DNA of 63,018 nucleotides, filler included, from Octopus bimaculoides (Eukaryota): NCBI RefSeq assembly GCF_001194135.2. It is 4 parts of 3 records of this genome, joined end to end, with 100 filler letters (N's around TTAATTAATTAA, not from the genome) between each part and the next. Parts side by side here need not be neighbours in the genome. Positions count along the whole stretch, not along the records: positions 21,116 to 26,898 come from NC_068981.1; positions 26,999 to 34,238 come from NC_068986.1; positions 34,339 to 63,018 come from NC_068990.1; 1 more part is not named here. One strand, 5' to 3'. Shown piece by piece: positions 26,055 to 39,464 of this stretch (position 1 is its first letter; each line of letters starts with the position of its first letter). The notes under the pieces were generated by a model. It saw only the letters and a program-made list of their open reading frames with translations, ran no database searches and was not told where the DNA came from. The position numbers and the translations under genes were made by a program.

Positions 26055-26184
26055 TGACCATGTGGAACATCGACAATGTATTCCTGGTAAACTACCGAAA
26101 GGATTTGACAGTCCTTTTCACCGGAATCCAATGTGTCGGACGGAAGTAAAACAATTTGGTCTTATTCGTCAGTCTTCCGCATAG
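26055..26184 (+). CDS. Coding exon 6 (terminal) of secreted Cys-rich protein (D-DHVEHRQCIPGKLPKGFDSPFHRNPMCRTEVKQFGLIRQSSA*)
   Basis: Acceptor tgttttacttctag; phase 2 matches exon 5; open for 42 codons to TAG; AATAAA at 26403-26408. Confidence 0.55.
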
Positions 26185-26462
26185 ATTTCGTTTATAGAAT
26201 ACCAATCACAAGTCATATTTCCTTGCTTAGTGAAAAAAGAGGAGAGTACCTATAATCCTTTTAAAGGCTTCTCGGACCTGTGGGAAGGTTGGCGACAAGT
26301 GTCCTCAAACTAACATCATGGCCTGCCTACTTGCAACAAAATGGACCCTGCTAAAGGACATTAAGGGCCAGATGATGTTTAATCGGTTGATGGGTTAAGT
26401 TAAATAAATAGGCAGGGTTCTGCGAGATTTGAACCCAGAACGCGCATATATATATATATGTA

Positions 26463-26523
<61 letters not shown>

Positions 26524-27236
26524 TGAGAGATAAATAGATACATACAGACATACATACATACGTATATGAATGTGTGTGTGTGTGCGTGTGTATACATATA
26601 GGGTGAGGATACATCGCGAGATCGTAGTTTCAAATCAAATACCAGGTGGTGCGTTGTGTTCTTGAGCAAAACACTTCATCTCACGTTGTTCTGCGATAAC
26701 TTGGACACCTGACGCGCGAAACCCCATGCACTCTGTTCAGGTAACGTCAATTTGATGGAGGGAGTGAGCTAATGTACAACACACACATTTGATCATTATT
26801 TAAAAAAAACATTTGCTCAAGTCGTTCGGCAACAAGTGAAACGCTTATGCGCTGTTTTCCACGTGACTACGTCATACATACATACATACATATATATANN
26901 NNNNNNNNNNNNNNNNNNNNNNNNNNNNNNNNNNNNNNNNNNTTAATTAATTAANNNNNNNNNNNNNNNNNNNNNNNNNNNNNNNNNNNNNNNNNNNNTT
27001 TCTCTCTCTCTCTTTCTCTCTCTCTCTTTCTCTCTCTCTCTTTCTCTCTCTCTCTTTCTCTCTCTCTGTCTCTCTTTCTCTCTGTCTCTCTTTCTCTCTG
27101 TCTCTCTTTCTCTCTCTCTCCCTCTTTCTCTCTCTCTCTCTCTTTCTCTCTCTGTATATATACATGCATGTCCTGAGTATGACGTAATATATGTATAGAC
27201 ACACGCCTATATATTATAAACATATTGTCATATATT

Positions 27237-27267
<31 letters not shown>

Positions 27268-27649
27268 TGAGAGAGAGAGAGAGTGAGAGAGAGAGAGTGA
27301 GAGAGAGAGAGTGAGAGAGAGAGAGAGACGTGATACATATGTATGTGTGTATATGCTTGCGTTTATATAAGACATATACACCTGAATACACAGTCATATT
27401 GAGTTTGGAGACCCTGTTATATTCAATATATCTCTAACGATCAAATGATTACGATCGGAAACCCAATTTTCGCAACACTTTCATCACAAGAATTTGAAGT
27501 TGTCATTTTGGAATATATACGCGATTAATAATCAATCTAGACCTGTAAAACATAATTAATCACTTTGGCAGGAGGATTAATCAATTTGGTTGAAAACAAC
27601 GTGATTAATACATCTACTTTCTAAAAACATGTCTGTTCATTGATGCAGA

Positions 27650-27970
27650 GCTGTTGCTTTGTGACATTCCAGAATTTCGTTTCCAAGAAGACAGATATGC
27701 TTTGCTTGATGTCTACAGCAGTAATAAAGCTGTCAACACAGAACGGTTATAATCGGAGAAAGACCATATTAAACATTTCTCATTGTATGTACAGTCATAG
27801 AGTTTTCTAGGATCATATTAAATATTCCTCACTGTACATATATACAGCGCTAGATTTTTCTGTCATGCTATTTCAATTATTTCGATTATTTATTAGTGAA
27901 TGTTATTAAAACATCAAACGTGACAGACATAATAGTAACGACAGAAAATTTCCCATTCTTCATCATGGGG
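27650..27970 (-). pseudogene. Possible TM6-TM7 continuation of the same GPCR pseudogene
   Basis: KFSVVTIMSVTFDVLITF and frameshifted FNMVFSPIIT (NPxxY-like); same strand and correct order relative to 30540-31060. Confidence 0.2.
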
Positions 27971-29012
27971 TTGTTTTTACTTCTGATTTATCGTACGCGT
28001 TAATAGAATAATTGCCAGTTAGATATTAGTCGACTCTGTGACTTACGCATTACAAACATGGACTGGTCTTTACCCAGAAGACACAATTGATAAAATGGTT
28101 CGGTTACAACTACATAAGTGGAGGCAAATGGCCTATTGGTTAGAGCAGCGGACTCACGGTCTAGGGATCGCGGCGGATTTGAATCGCAGACCGGGAGATG
28201 TGCGTGTTTATGAGCGAAATACTTAAGCTTCACGCGGATCCAGCAGAAGTTAATGGCGAACCTTTGCTGACTCTTTCGCCACAACTTTCTCTCACTCTTC
28301 CTTCCGGCATCTAGCAGCTCACCATGCAACGGACCAGCGTCCCGTCCAGATGGGGAACCTATATGCCAATGAAACTGGAAACCGGCCCTTATGAGCCATG
28401 TATAGCTCGAGAAGGAACAAAGAACAACACAGCTATATAATAGGTGTTCTCTATTTTATAAATTTTCTTTACTTTTCTGAGCATAAAATCTTTTCTATTA
28501 GATAGTAGTATAAACTGGCAGAATCGTTGGCATGCCGGACAAAATTCTTAGCGGTATTTCGTCCGGCTATACGTTCTGAGTTCAAAGTTACGCCGAGGTC
28601 GTCTTTGCCTTTCGTCCTTACGATGTCGATAAAATAAGTCCCAGCTTATCGACGTATATTGTATCACGAAATTGCTGGTCTTGTACCAAAAATTTGAAAT
28701 CAATTAAACAGACAGTAGTATAAATCATATTTGATAAAGATATGCTCAAACCTCCTTGAAGAAGTTTTACACGATTGTTATCTATCAGGAGCTAACTGTT
28801 TTCTTATGCCGGTTTTAAACATAAATTTCCCATGGAAACGTGATAGATGCAAGATTGTCAATTATAACGTACAGTATCACATTGTGAAGGTACGTGGCTT
28901 AGTGTTTAGGACTTTCTGGAATCCCAAAAGCTGTTTTGTTTTCGATCTTTAAACATTAAGAACGATTAATGACCTACCTAATATGGTATCGAATAAACAC
29001 TCACTAACTCTC

Positions 29013-29226
29013 TGCCTACCTACCTACCTACCTACCTACCTACCTACCTACCTACCTACCTACCTACCGACCTACCTACCGACCTACCTACCTACCTACC
29101 TACCTACCTACCTACCTACCTATGCCCACTTACCTACCTACCTGCACACCTACGTACCTATCTACGTACCTATCTCCGTACCTGTCTACGTACCTATCTA
29201 CATACCGGGCTACCGATTCTACCTAC

Positions 29227-29290
<64 letters not shown>
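29013..29290. repeat. (CTAC)n then (TATC)n compound microsatellite
   Basis: Seen directly. Confidence 0.9.
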
Positions 29291-29292
<2 letters not shown>

Positions 29293-29580
29293 GTCTGTCT
29301 GTCTATCTGTGTCTATCTGTGTCTGTCTATCTGTCTATCTATTCCTATGTCTGCGCGTGTGTGCATGAACATACATACATACATACATACATACATACGT
29401 ATATACACACATGTATGTATCGATGTATGTATGCCTGCATGTATGTACGTATGTATGTATGTATGTATGGATGGATGTTTGTATGTATTATGAATACAAC
29501 AACGACTGCTTTTCATAGTTCAACTTGATAGAAGAAACAAAACTGGGAGCGAAGAATGTCGAAATCCAAAGTCAGAGCAT

Positions 29581-29638
<58 letters not shown>

Positions 29639-30271
29639 CAGCAGCAGCAGCATTGGTGTTTGGTGCTTGAAATATTTATTGCAAGAGACAACATAAACAA
29701 ACGGACGGATGCGATCTAAATGAACAAATAATGTGAGAAGGAACAATGGAAGAAAACGGAAGAATGAAGAATAAGAGAGAGAGAGAGAAAGGAAAAGAAA
29801 GAGAGAGAGAGAAGGACAGAGAGGAGGAGAGAGAGAAAGAAAAAGGAGAGAGAGAGAGAGAGACAGAAAGAGGCAAAGAAAGACAGTTAGGAAAGACAGA
29901 TAGAGAGAGAGAAAGAAAGACAGATATGAAACGAAAGAGGGCGATAGGAAGAGGAAGATGGCAACAGACGACGAGAGGAAAGGAAGGAAGGAAGAAAAGC
30001 TAGAAGAAAGAGAATCAAAGAATGAATGTAAAAAGTGAGGAAGAAGGAAAGAATGAAGAATAAAGGAAAAGAAAGAAAACTAAATTATGAAAAAAGAAGA
30101 ATATGAAAAACAAACATACATACATGCATACGCACACACGCATACGTAGACACACACTTTGATGCATACACACTTATACACAAACACACGTATAGGTACA
30201 CACATACATACTAAAATTACACATACATTCATATACACACATACATGCATTCGTGCATATATGCACACTCG

Positions 30272-30314
<43 letters not shown>

Positions 30315-30539
30315 NNNNNNNNNNNNNNNNNNNNNNNNNNNNNNNNNNNNNNNNNNNNNNNNNNNNNNNNNNNNNNNNNNNNNNNNNNNNNNNNNNNNNN
30401 NNNNNNNNNNNNNNTCGGATCAACTGGAACCCTCGTCGTCGTAAGCGACGGAGTGACAACAACACATTTTTACTCAGTATTATATTTAGCTAGTTTGTGG
30501 TCGCTAAGATATATAAATCTCGATTTCTGAGGATTTAGG

Positions 30540-31060
30540 AAGTATAATCTCACTTTTTCTATTAAGTAAGTTGACTGCATGTAATATTTTGATGCACTTC
30601 TTATCTACAAAATAATGCTCTGATCTTTTGCCACATAAATAGCAGTCATGAGCAAAGAAGTTAACATTATATTAACGACTGAGAAATGTTTGATAATTTT
30701 CAACGGGAATCTCTGGTTCCAGAAAACGAGATTGTATGACTTCATCATATTGATAGGATCCTCTTTCTTAGCCTGGGTAACAAATTTAGTCGGATAATAC
30801 ATGTTACACCAGATAAAAGATGAATTCAAGGAAAACCAGTAGAGGTTTACACATAGATGATGTGTCATGGACTTTAACCCGTTAGTGTTAGAAATGCTTC
30901 GTAAGGGTTTGCAAAATCTCGTTAAAACGGTTAATCTCTCAACACCAAAGAATTTAATTTTCTAGCTGTAACATTAGACCTTCATAGATGCAAGCATTAC
31001 TCCTACCACAAATTTGAAGAAAACTTACAATAATGTTCATAAACATTCTAATCACCCAGG
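30540..31060 (-). pseudogene. Probable class A (rhodopsin-family) GPCR pseudogene fragment, TM3-TM5
   Basis: Minus translation ACIYEGLML...FFGVERLTVLTRFCKPLRSIS (DRY-equivalent xERx plus CxP) and hydrophobic FSVVNIMLTSLLMTAIY; frameshift and stop present. Confidence 0.45.
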
Positions 31061-33220
31061 ACCACTGTATAATCTAGGAATATTTTAACAGGAGTGGCTG
31101 GGTGGTAAGTAGTTTGCTGGCCAACTACAAGGTTCGGGTTCAATCACACTGCGTGGCACCTTGGGCAAGAGTCTTCTTCTATAGCCTCGGGCCGATCAAA
31201 GCCTTGTGAGTGGATTTGGTAGACGGAAACTGAAAGAAGCCTGTCGTATATATATATATATATACATATGTGTGTGTATGTGTGTGTATGTTTGTGTGTC
31301 TGTATTTATACTCCCCCATCGCTTGACAACCGATGCTGGTGTGTTTACGTCCCTGTAATTTAGCGGTTCAGCAAAGAAGACCGATAAAATAAGTACTAGG
31401 CTTTCAAAGAATANNNNNNNNNNNNNNNNNNNNNNNNNNNNNNNNNNNNNNNNNNNNNNNNNNNNNNNNNNNNNNNNNNNNNNNNNNNNNNNNNNNNNNN
31501 NNNNNNNNNNNNNNNNNNNNNNNNNNNNNNNNNNNNNNNNNNNNNNNNNNNNNNNNNNNNNNNNNNNNNNNNNNNNNNNNNNNNNNNNNNNNNNNNNNNN
31601 NNNNNNNNNNNNNNNNNNNNNNNNNAGTAAGCGAAGTGGATTTTACATTGGTATACTTGATTTGCCGGTGTATGAGAGTAATAGTTATTATGGAACCAAA
31701 ATGAGAAGAGGAATTTCTTTATGCCAAAGTTGGGGATTAATCAAAACAACAGGAGGAGGATCGAAAAAAACAAAACAAAAAACAAAACAAAAGACAAAAC
31801 ATAAAATGAACCAAATAAATGAGTGAATAAATAAATAATGAATAATAAAATGTTTAAGATGAATAGATTAAAAATGATGAAAATATAAGGATAAATTTTT
31901 TAAAAAAATGAAGAATAATAAAAATGATGAATAAAGGAGAAAGCGGGAGTTGGTGGAGCAAAAAGAGTAACAGTAATACCAAATAAGGAATTAGCTCGGT
32001 AGTGAACATTAAGTGTGTAAGTACTGTTGTGAGTGGTGGGTTTTGTATTTCGTGTCTAAATGATATTTTATTGATTTGGCTGTTAATATCAAGGTCATTA
32101 AATGATTTTTTAGGTTTCTAAAGGGTCGTGTGATGTGGTTTGTGTTGGGAAGGGAGACAACTGATCAATGGTTAACGATTATATTAAATTTTGGGTTGGT
32201 AGGAGATAGATTTAAGTTTTATCGTTTTAGTATCTGCAGTTCAATTTTTAATCAATATTTTTCAATTCCGAATTAGTAGGTTTAGGTAAAATTTAGGGTT
32301 AGCATTAGCTTTAATAGTAATGCTAAATGTTAATGATATATAGCTCGATCGTTATGAATAATTATACGTGTGAGTTTATGAAGTACTAAAGACTGAACAC
32401 TGAAGTGCTTTTGACGAACTAATATTTTTGTTTTATGTTTTTCTTGCTTTAGTCACTTGACTGCGGCCATGATGGTGCATAAATTCAATATTCCAAGCAG
32501 CAGAATGAGTAGGTGTGTGAATAGTTTTTGGTGAAAGCGGAGCGCATTACTTGAAGACGCAGCACATTGCTTGGTTCACGAATTAACTCTGCGAACTTAT
32601 GATAGTGAGTGAAACACTCTAACTACTAGACTACGTACACTTAGGGACTGCAACTTATCGAATTGTATCTCTATGTCTCAGGGTTACGATTGTCGAAACG
32701 GTTATTGAAGCGTAGCAGTGCTACAATAATTATTTGTATAGTCTATAGCGCTGCTTCTATTCATCAATTTTATGTTCACAAGGAAACATACAACACCCAG
32801 TTTTCTTTCAAGAAGCTTCAGCATCAAACACGCGTGCACACACATACACACACACACACACATATGTACACACACACATTATAATCTATGTACTGAGTAC
32901 TTTTCTCATTTGTAAACAAGCTTTCACCAAGTCACATACATACATATTTAATAACACTTGTGTTTGAAAAGCTGTAGAAAGTGAAAGCGCTTAACAGAAT
33001 CCGAAAACTTACTTTCCCCCAAATTTTGCGTTTTGATAATTTTTTTTTATATAATTAATAACTTATAATTTAAGAAAATCTCTCTTCAAATATTGTGATT
33101 GTAACAAGAATTCTTTGCAAAACATTCTTTGAAATATATATATACACATATCTATATATCTATATCTATATATGTATGTGTGTGTGTGCGTGCATGTATG
33201 TATACTTATAAGTATTTCTC

Positions 33221-33284
<64 letters not shown>

Positions 33285-33570
33285 TGTATGTATATTTATA
33301 TGTATATCTAATGATATCAGCGCAGCAGAAAATAAAGAGGAAAGCGAGTTTGTGTATGCAAATATATACTTGAAAGAGATTTAGCGTGCAAGAAGAACGA
33401 GTGTCTGCATGCGTATATAAAGGCGTACATGTTCATGTTGATACACGTGTGTGCGTGTGGTTATGTGGGGATGTGTGACTATGCATGCGTTTGCGAGTTG
33501 CGGAACGAAGCTAGATTAATAAGAGAAAACAAGAGATGAAAGTGATTGTGTGAGTGTGTGTGTATGTATA

Positions 33571-33631
<61 letters not shown>

Positions 33632-34026
33632 GGGGGGCGAGAGAAGGAGAGAAAGGGAGAAATTGAGAAAGCGAGAGCAGGTAGGTAAAGAGTGGGGAAG
33701 TTGAAGATCAGAGAGGAAGTCGAAAAGGAGATGTAGAAATGCGGAGAAGAAGTTTGTGCCTGTGAGAGGTCTTGGATTTTAGTTCATTTGAAGAGTTATG
33801 GAAATACTATTCTGACTTCTGCATTTGATCATTGGTAAGATGAAATGAAAGAAGGAAAGTAACAAAACAAGAGAGGAAGATATATCTCCGTCTTTTGGCT
33901 CCAAGACTGCCTATCTTCCAAATATCTTTCTTTTGATTTTGGTTTTGAATACTTACAGAGAAATTGGAGTGGTTGGTAATGACGTCCATGATGACGACTA
34001 CCATAGTGCTGGTGGTGATGAAGATA

Positions 34027-34084
<58 letters not shown>

Positions 34085-34143
34085 CGATGATGACGATGAT
34101 GATGATGATGATGATGATGATGACGATGATGATGATGATGATG
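34027..34143. repeat. (GAT)n microsatellite
   Basis: Seen directly. Confidence 0.9.
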
Positions 34144-34519
34144 CTGTAGAATTGTGGTTAATGACTAGCATTATGGGATGCACGATGATGTTGAGAGTGA
34201 AGGTGATGTTGATAATGATAATGATGATGATGAAGATGNNNNNNNNNNNNNNNNNNNNNNNNNNNNNNNNNNNNNNNNNNNNTTAATTAATTAANNNNNN
34301 NNNNNNNNNNNNNNNNNNNNNNNNNNNNNNNNNNNNNNACCTATTTGTATATGCTCCACAAGGGAAAACAAGGAACATAGTTTACAATGAGGTGTTATAA
34401 TCACAACAGCAAGAAAGTATGTACATGATCACCTTCTTTTACGAAACTCCATTGACTTTCATATATTTATATTGATATACATATATATACGTGTGTTTGG
34501 GTGCGTGTGTGTATATACA

Positions 34520-34610
34520 TCTCTATATATAAAGATGATGCGTAGTCTAGACGGCGTTTTTAGATTTCATTATTCTCTTTAACTCGGGCAACGCCGGGTA
34601 TTTCTGCTAG
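34520..34610 (+). mobile_element. 91-bp non-autonomous Helitron
   Basis: 5' A|TC TCTATATATAAAG; 3' hairpin CTCGGGCAACGCCGGG followed by TATTTCTG-CTAG|T; sits between A and T; no TSD. Confidence 0.75.
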
Positions 34611-34615
34611 TATAT

Positions 34616-34660
<45 letters not shown>

Positions 34661-35612
34661 AAGAGAGAGAGAGAAGTTAGGTCAAGTAAAGAGAGGCTCC
34701 TTTGTTAACATGAAATCATTTCAGTGAAGTTAAAAGAAAAAAAAGCAAAACTTACTTGGGCTGATGCAGAGTGTTTAGCATCAGTGTTACGGCCATGGAT
34801 TCTGAAGTGGAAATCACGAGTTTGAGATGCTGAAGCTACGGATGGTTTCACCTGAAATCACAATATAGATAACTCATTAGAATAAAAATCAAAACTCAGA
34901 GAAATCAAGTCAATCAAAAAAATTTTTTAAATCGTTATTGGCAAACAACTTTCATGATTATAGAGAAACACAATTATGTTGTCATGGTGATGATGATTGA
35001 TCAATTAGAAACAAATTGCAGATGTTTATTTCCAGTAATACTTAGAAAATACAATGTTGAAGTAGATTCCATCAACCTATATCTTCTTAATTTAAAAACA
35101 AAATAAATGCTGGATAAGAGAAGTTTCATTGGAATTAAAGGTTTCTGAATGCATATAGTTTCATTGATATGATTTAAAATAGCACTAAAAGTTATTGACA
35201 AAGTAAATGGTTATATTCAAAAGGATAAAATTCTTCATGAGAATTTAGATCTACCAAGTAGCAAAGCCAAAATACACATCATGAAACAATTGACATGGTG
35301 GAGTACATCTGAAGGACCTAAATGTATAATAAAAATATCTCCTTAAGAAAAATTTGCAAAGGATTTGAACTCACAACTTATCAGTTGTTTGTCTAACAAT
35401 TCAGCCAACAAACCAATTTATCTCTACTACAAGAAACAACAAAAAATATAGTAGAAACATGTATGGTTAAGAAGTTTCCTTCCAACTATGTGGTTTCCAG
35501 TTCAGTCCTACACACAGCACTTTGAACAAGTGCCTTCTACTATAGCCCCAGGCCAATCAAAGCCCTACAAGTGAATTTGGAAGATGGAAACTGAAAGAAG
35601 AGTCTGTGTGTG

Positions 35613-35650
<38 letters not shown>

Positions 35651-36619
35651 TGTCTTAACACTGCACATTGATTGTATACAAAATCAACTTTTATATAAAA
35701 GTATGGTTATTTGTTTTGCAATCTACTATTTAAAAAACAACACATACAATCTGGCCATTGGTTTGTTTGTGTTGGAAGAATTAGGGAAATATTACTTTGT
35801 TTGGAGACAAGTGAGGATGAGCAATAGTAAAGATTATCCGTCAGTCAAAAAAATACACAAACAAATTTCACCTGGTCTATGAAATCATAGAAAAGTATAC
35901 ACTGACACCATGATGATAAAAAGAAAAGAAAAAGAAAGGCAGCAAGTGCAAATGTTTTAATGAATTACCTCACCAATGCTCATAAGTATGTAAACAATCA
36001 GTTTAACCAATCAGCTGCATTGCTCTAATATGTAATAGTATTGCTTTTTCTGTTTTACATGGTTATATTGTATGATAGATAAAAAAAGGAAATTTATTAT
36101 CTAAATCTGAACTACTTATATTCACTCTCAAGTACAATGTTATCTTTGAATATAAAATAACCTTCACCTTTTTGTACCTAGAAATTAGTTTTTTCTACAC
36201 TCAATGTAACAGTCCCCTCTTTAGTCCTTGATATTTTGAACTAAATTCCTCACGAAGAGTAAACATAGTAAGCTAGATTACATAATTAAGTACATAAAAT
36301 ATGATAATGTACATTTAAGTTATAAGACGGATTCTATAAACATAATACAGTTTTAACATTAAATATATATTACACGTGTGTGTAGGTGTGTGTTTAATAA
36401 TAACCAGTGGCACGTAAATAGCACCATTTGAGCATGATCGCTACCAGCGTCGCCTTCCAGGCATGTGAAAAGACATTCAAGCGAGGTCGTTGCCAGTGCC
36501 AGTCAGGCGGCACTGGCATCAGCCATGACTACAATTTCACTTGGTTCAAGCATGACATATTGCTCGATGACTGAAGGGTGATTTTAAATGGGCCAGTTAT
36601 GCAACACTGGCATTGGCCA

Positions 36620-37440
36620 CGGCTACGATCTCACTCGGCTTGCCGGATCTTCTCAAGCACAGCATATCTCCAAAGGTCTCAGCTGCTTGTCATTGCCTCT
36701 GTGAGGCCCAACGTTCAAAAGTCGTGCTTCACCACATCATCTCATGTCTTTCTGGGTCTCCCTCTTCCACAGGTTCCCTCCATCGTTAAGGTGTGACACT
36801 TCTTCATACAGCTATCCTCATGCATACGTAACTCAGGACCATACCAGCACAGTCATCCCTCTTGCACACCAATATCTGATGCATCTTATGTACACTTATC
36901 TGTTAGGGCACTTAAACTCTGTCGTGTATGCACACTGACATTACACATCCAGCAGAACATACTAGCTTCCTTTCTTTCAAGCCTATGCATGTCCTCAGCA
37001 GTCACAGCCCATGCTTCACTGCCATGTAGCATGGATGTTTGCACACAGGCATCATACAGTCTACCTTTCGCTCAGAGCAAGAGGCCCTTTGTTACCAGCA
37101 GTGGTAGGAGTTCTCAGAACTCTGCCCAGGATATACTTATTCTAGAAGCCATGCCCTCAGAGCATCCACCCCCACTACTGACTTTGTCACCTAGGTAGTG
37201 GAAGCTATCAACTACAAAGAAAGCCAAGCTATCAATTACAAGACAGGAACAGCCTGACTTGAATTCTGTTATTGCCTGGAAAACTATGATGAATAAGAGG
37301 AGGCTGAAGACTGATCCTTGTTGAACCCCCCACTTCTACCCGGAATTCTTCACTATACTCATTACCAACCTTCACCTTACTGACAGCATCCCTGTACATG
37401 GCTTGTGCATTGTACAGCTCTCATATACCACTCATCCATC
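36620..37440 (-). mobile_element. RTE LINE 3' remnant
   Basis: Minus translations RVEVGVQQGSVFSLLLFIIVFQAI, LHGSEAWAVT and EGTCGRGRPRKT. Confidence 0.8.
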
Positions 37441-39089
37441 CCTAGTTTCTGTATTGGCCACCAGTTAAGAGATCAGGGGTCCCTGTCAACACAAACACAC
37501 ATATTTGCAAACGTAAAACTACTGAGTGAATCACATGAACTGTTTATTTGTCTGTGTCTGTGTATAAATATTATATGGAGAGTGGGGTAACTAGACAGAT
37601 AGATGAATGGCTACATAACTAGATACAAACAATCACAAACCAAACTTCTTAACTACACACTTATGCCCACATCATTCATTTCCAAATGTTTCCCTTTGTA
37701 TATTTCTGCATTCGGATGCAATAAGTACTGCTTGTTGAGTCAATTGGGAGGAAGCAATACTTCACGTAGTGCTTTAATATTTCCTGTCAGCATCATTCAT
37801 TGCACTGCTCTGAGAATATTCACCCTCCACATCCAAGTAATATAGAATCTGAATTGATAGGTTAGACAGTTTTACAAACTGCTTTTGTNNNNNNNNNNTT
37901 TTGTAAAATGTACCATTCATGAATCACTTTCTGCTTCAAAACCACAGTTGTTTTTTTTTTTGTTTTTGTTCACTTTAATCTGGTAAATACTCTTACATCT
38001 TCATCAATATTTAATACTTCTCAGGTACCTAACACATGAGCAATGAGTACAATAATCTTCATGTCTTTTAACTGCTGTCACATTCATTAGGATAAACTCA
38101 AATCTGCTTCGTTTAACTCCATACACAAAGGACTATTTCATTTTTATGACTAAATGTTTGAAGTTTAGGATATCTATGTGAACAATTACTTCATTTAAAG
38201 TATTTAGGACCAGCTTTCTGACATTTGCTAGATAGATAGATGCATAATCTGGCAAAACTACAACCTGACATAACTTTGAGATAACTGGTAAGCGAGAATG
38301 TCACCTTGAATAAATACACAAGTCTTCCTAGGTTTTTAAATGAACTGAAATTTTAAACTACCATATTTACCCATGTATAAAAAGTGCATTATTATTTTTA
38401 AATGTATCTGAAAAAGCAGCCCTGCATTCAAAGCAGCCATGGAAGAGTGATCACCATAGACAAGGCAGCCACATGAGCATAAAATATTGAAAACAAGCCA
38501 AATTATCAGGCTATTGGCAGAAACTTATAATTTATTTAGAGTACATCAGCACTTACATAAGGAGGTCACATCATTGCATTATACCACCTTCCCCAGCATA
38601 CATAATCCACATGTGATTTGTAATTCATCATCATCATCATCATCATTTAACATTTGTTTTCCATGCTGGCATGGGTTGGATGGTTTGGCTGAAAACTGGT
38701 AAGCTGGGGAGCTGGACCAGGTTCCAATCTGATTTGGCATGGTTTCTACAGCTGGATGCCCTTCTTAATGCCAACCACTTAAAGCATACTGGGTGATTCT
38801 TACATACCAGTTACAAAACACCAGCATCAGCCACGACTATGATCTCACTTGACTTCACAGGTTTTCTCAAGCATGGTATATTGCCAAAAGTCTCAGTCAC
38901 TTGTCACAAGTATCTAACACATGAGCAACAAATAGAGTAATCTTCATGTCTTTTGCTATTGGGATAAACTCAGTCTACTTCATTTAACTCCATACGCAAA
39001 AGACGAATTCATTTTTATGACTAAAAGCTTGAAGTGGAGGATATACACGTGAACAATTACTTCACATTTAATGACTGTGCTATTTTTTA

Positions 39090-39414
39090 CCCTTTAGCAT
39101 TTAAACAGGCCATATCCAGCCCAAATATTCTATCTATTTTATGTTCAAAGTGGTCAGATCTGGCAGATCCCACATCTATCCTACGATGGCATTCTAAAAA
39201 TAAGCAATTACATCATTGAAAACTTGAAGGTACAAGATAATGCAAGATTAATTCAAAGCAATATGAACAAGAGCACTCAGAAAGAACAAACTTCTGCCAA
39301 GGCAACACCAATGTTCTCTCAATGATTAGCCAGAGATAATTTTTTAAAATGAGAATATCTGAAGTAAACTCGACTTCTCTCACAAATGAGAATACTAATA
39401 ATGAACCCGAAATT

Positions 39415-39464
<50 letters not shown>

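Noticed and set aside
28130-28230. tRNA-like sequences (also SINE heads elsewhere)
   Set aside because: They have A/B-box remnants but no complete cloverleaf and run into SINE bodies; they are not tRNA genes.
37820-37831. Minus-strand TGT GGA GGG TGA (CGGU, SelM-like redox motif)
   Set aside because: The flanks do not resemble SelM, more stops follow within a few codons, and I found no SECIS.
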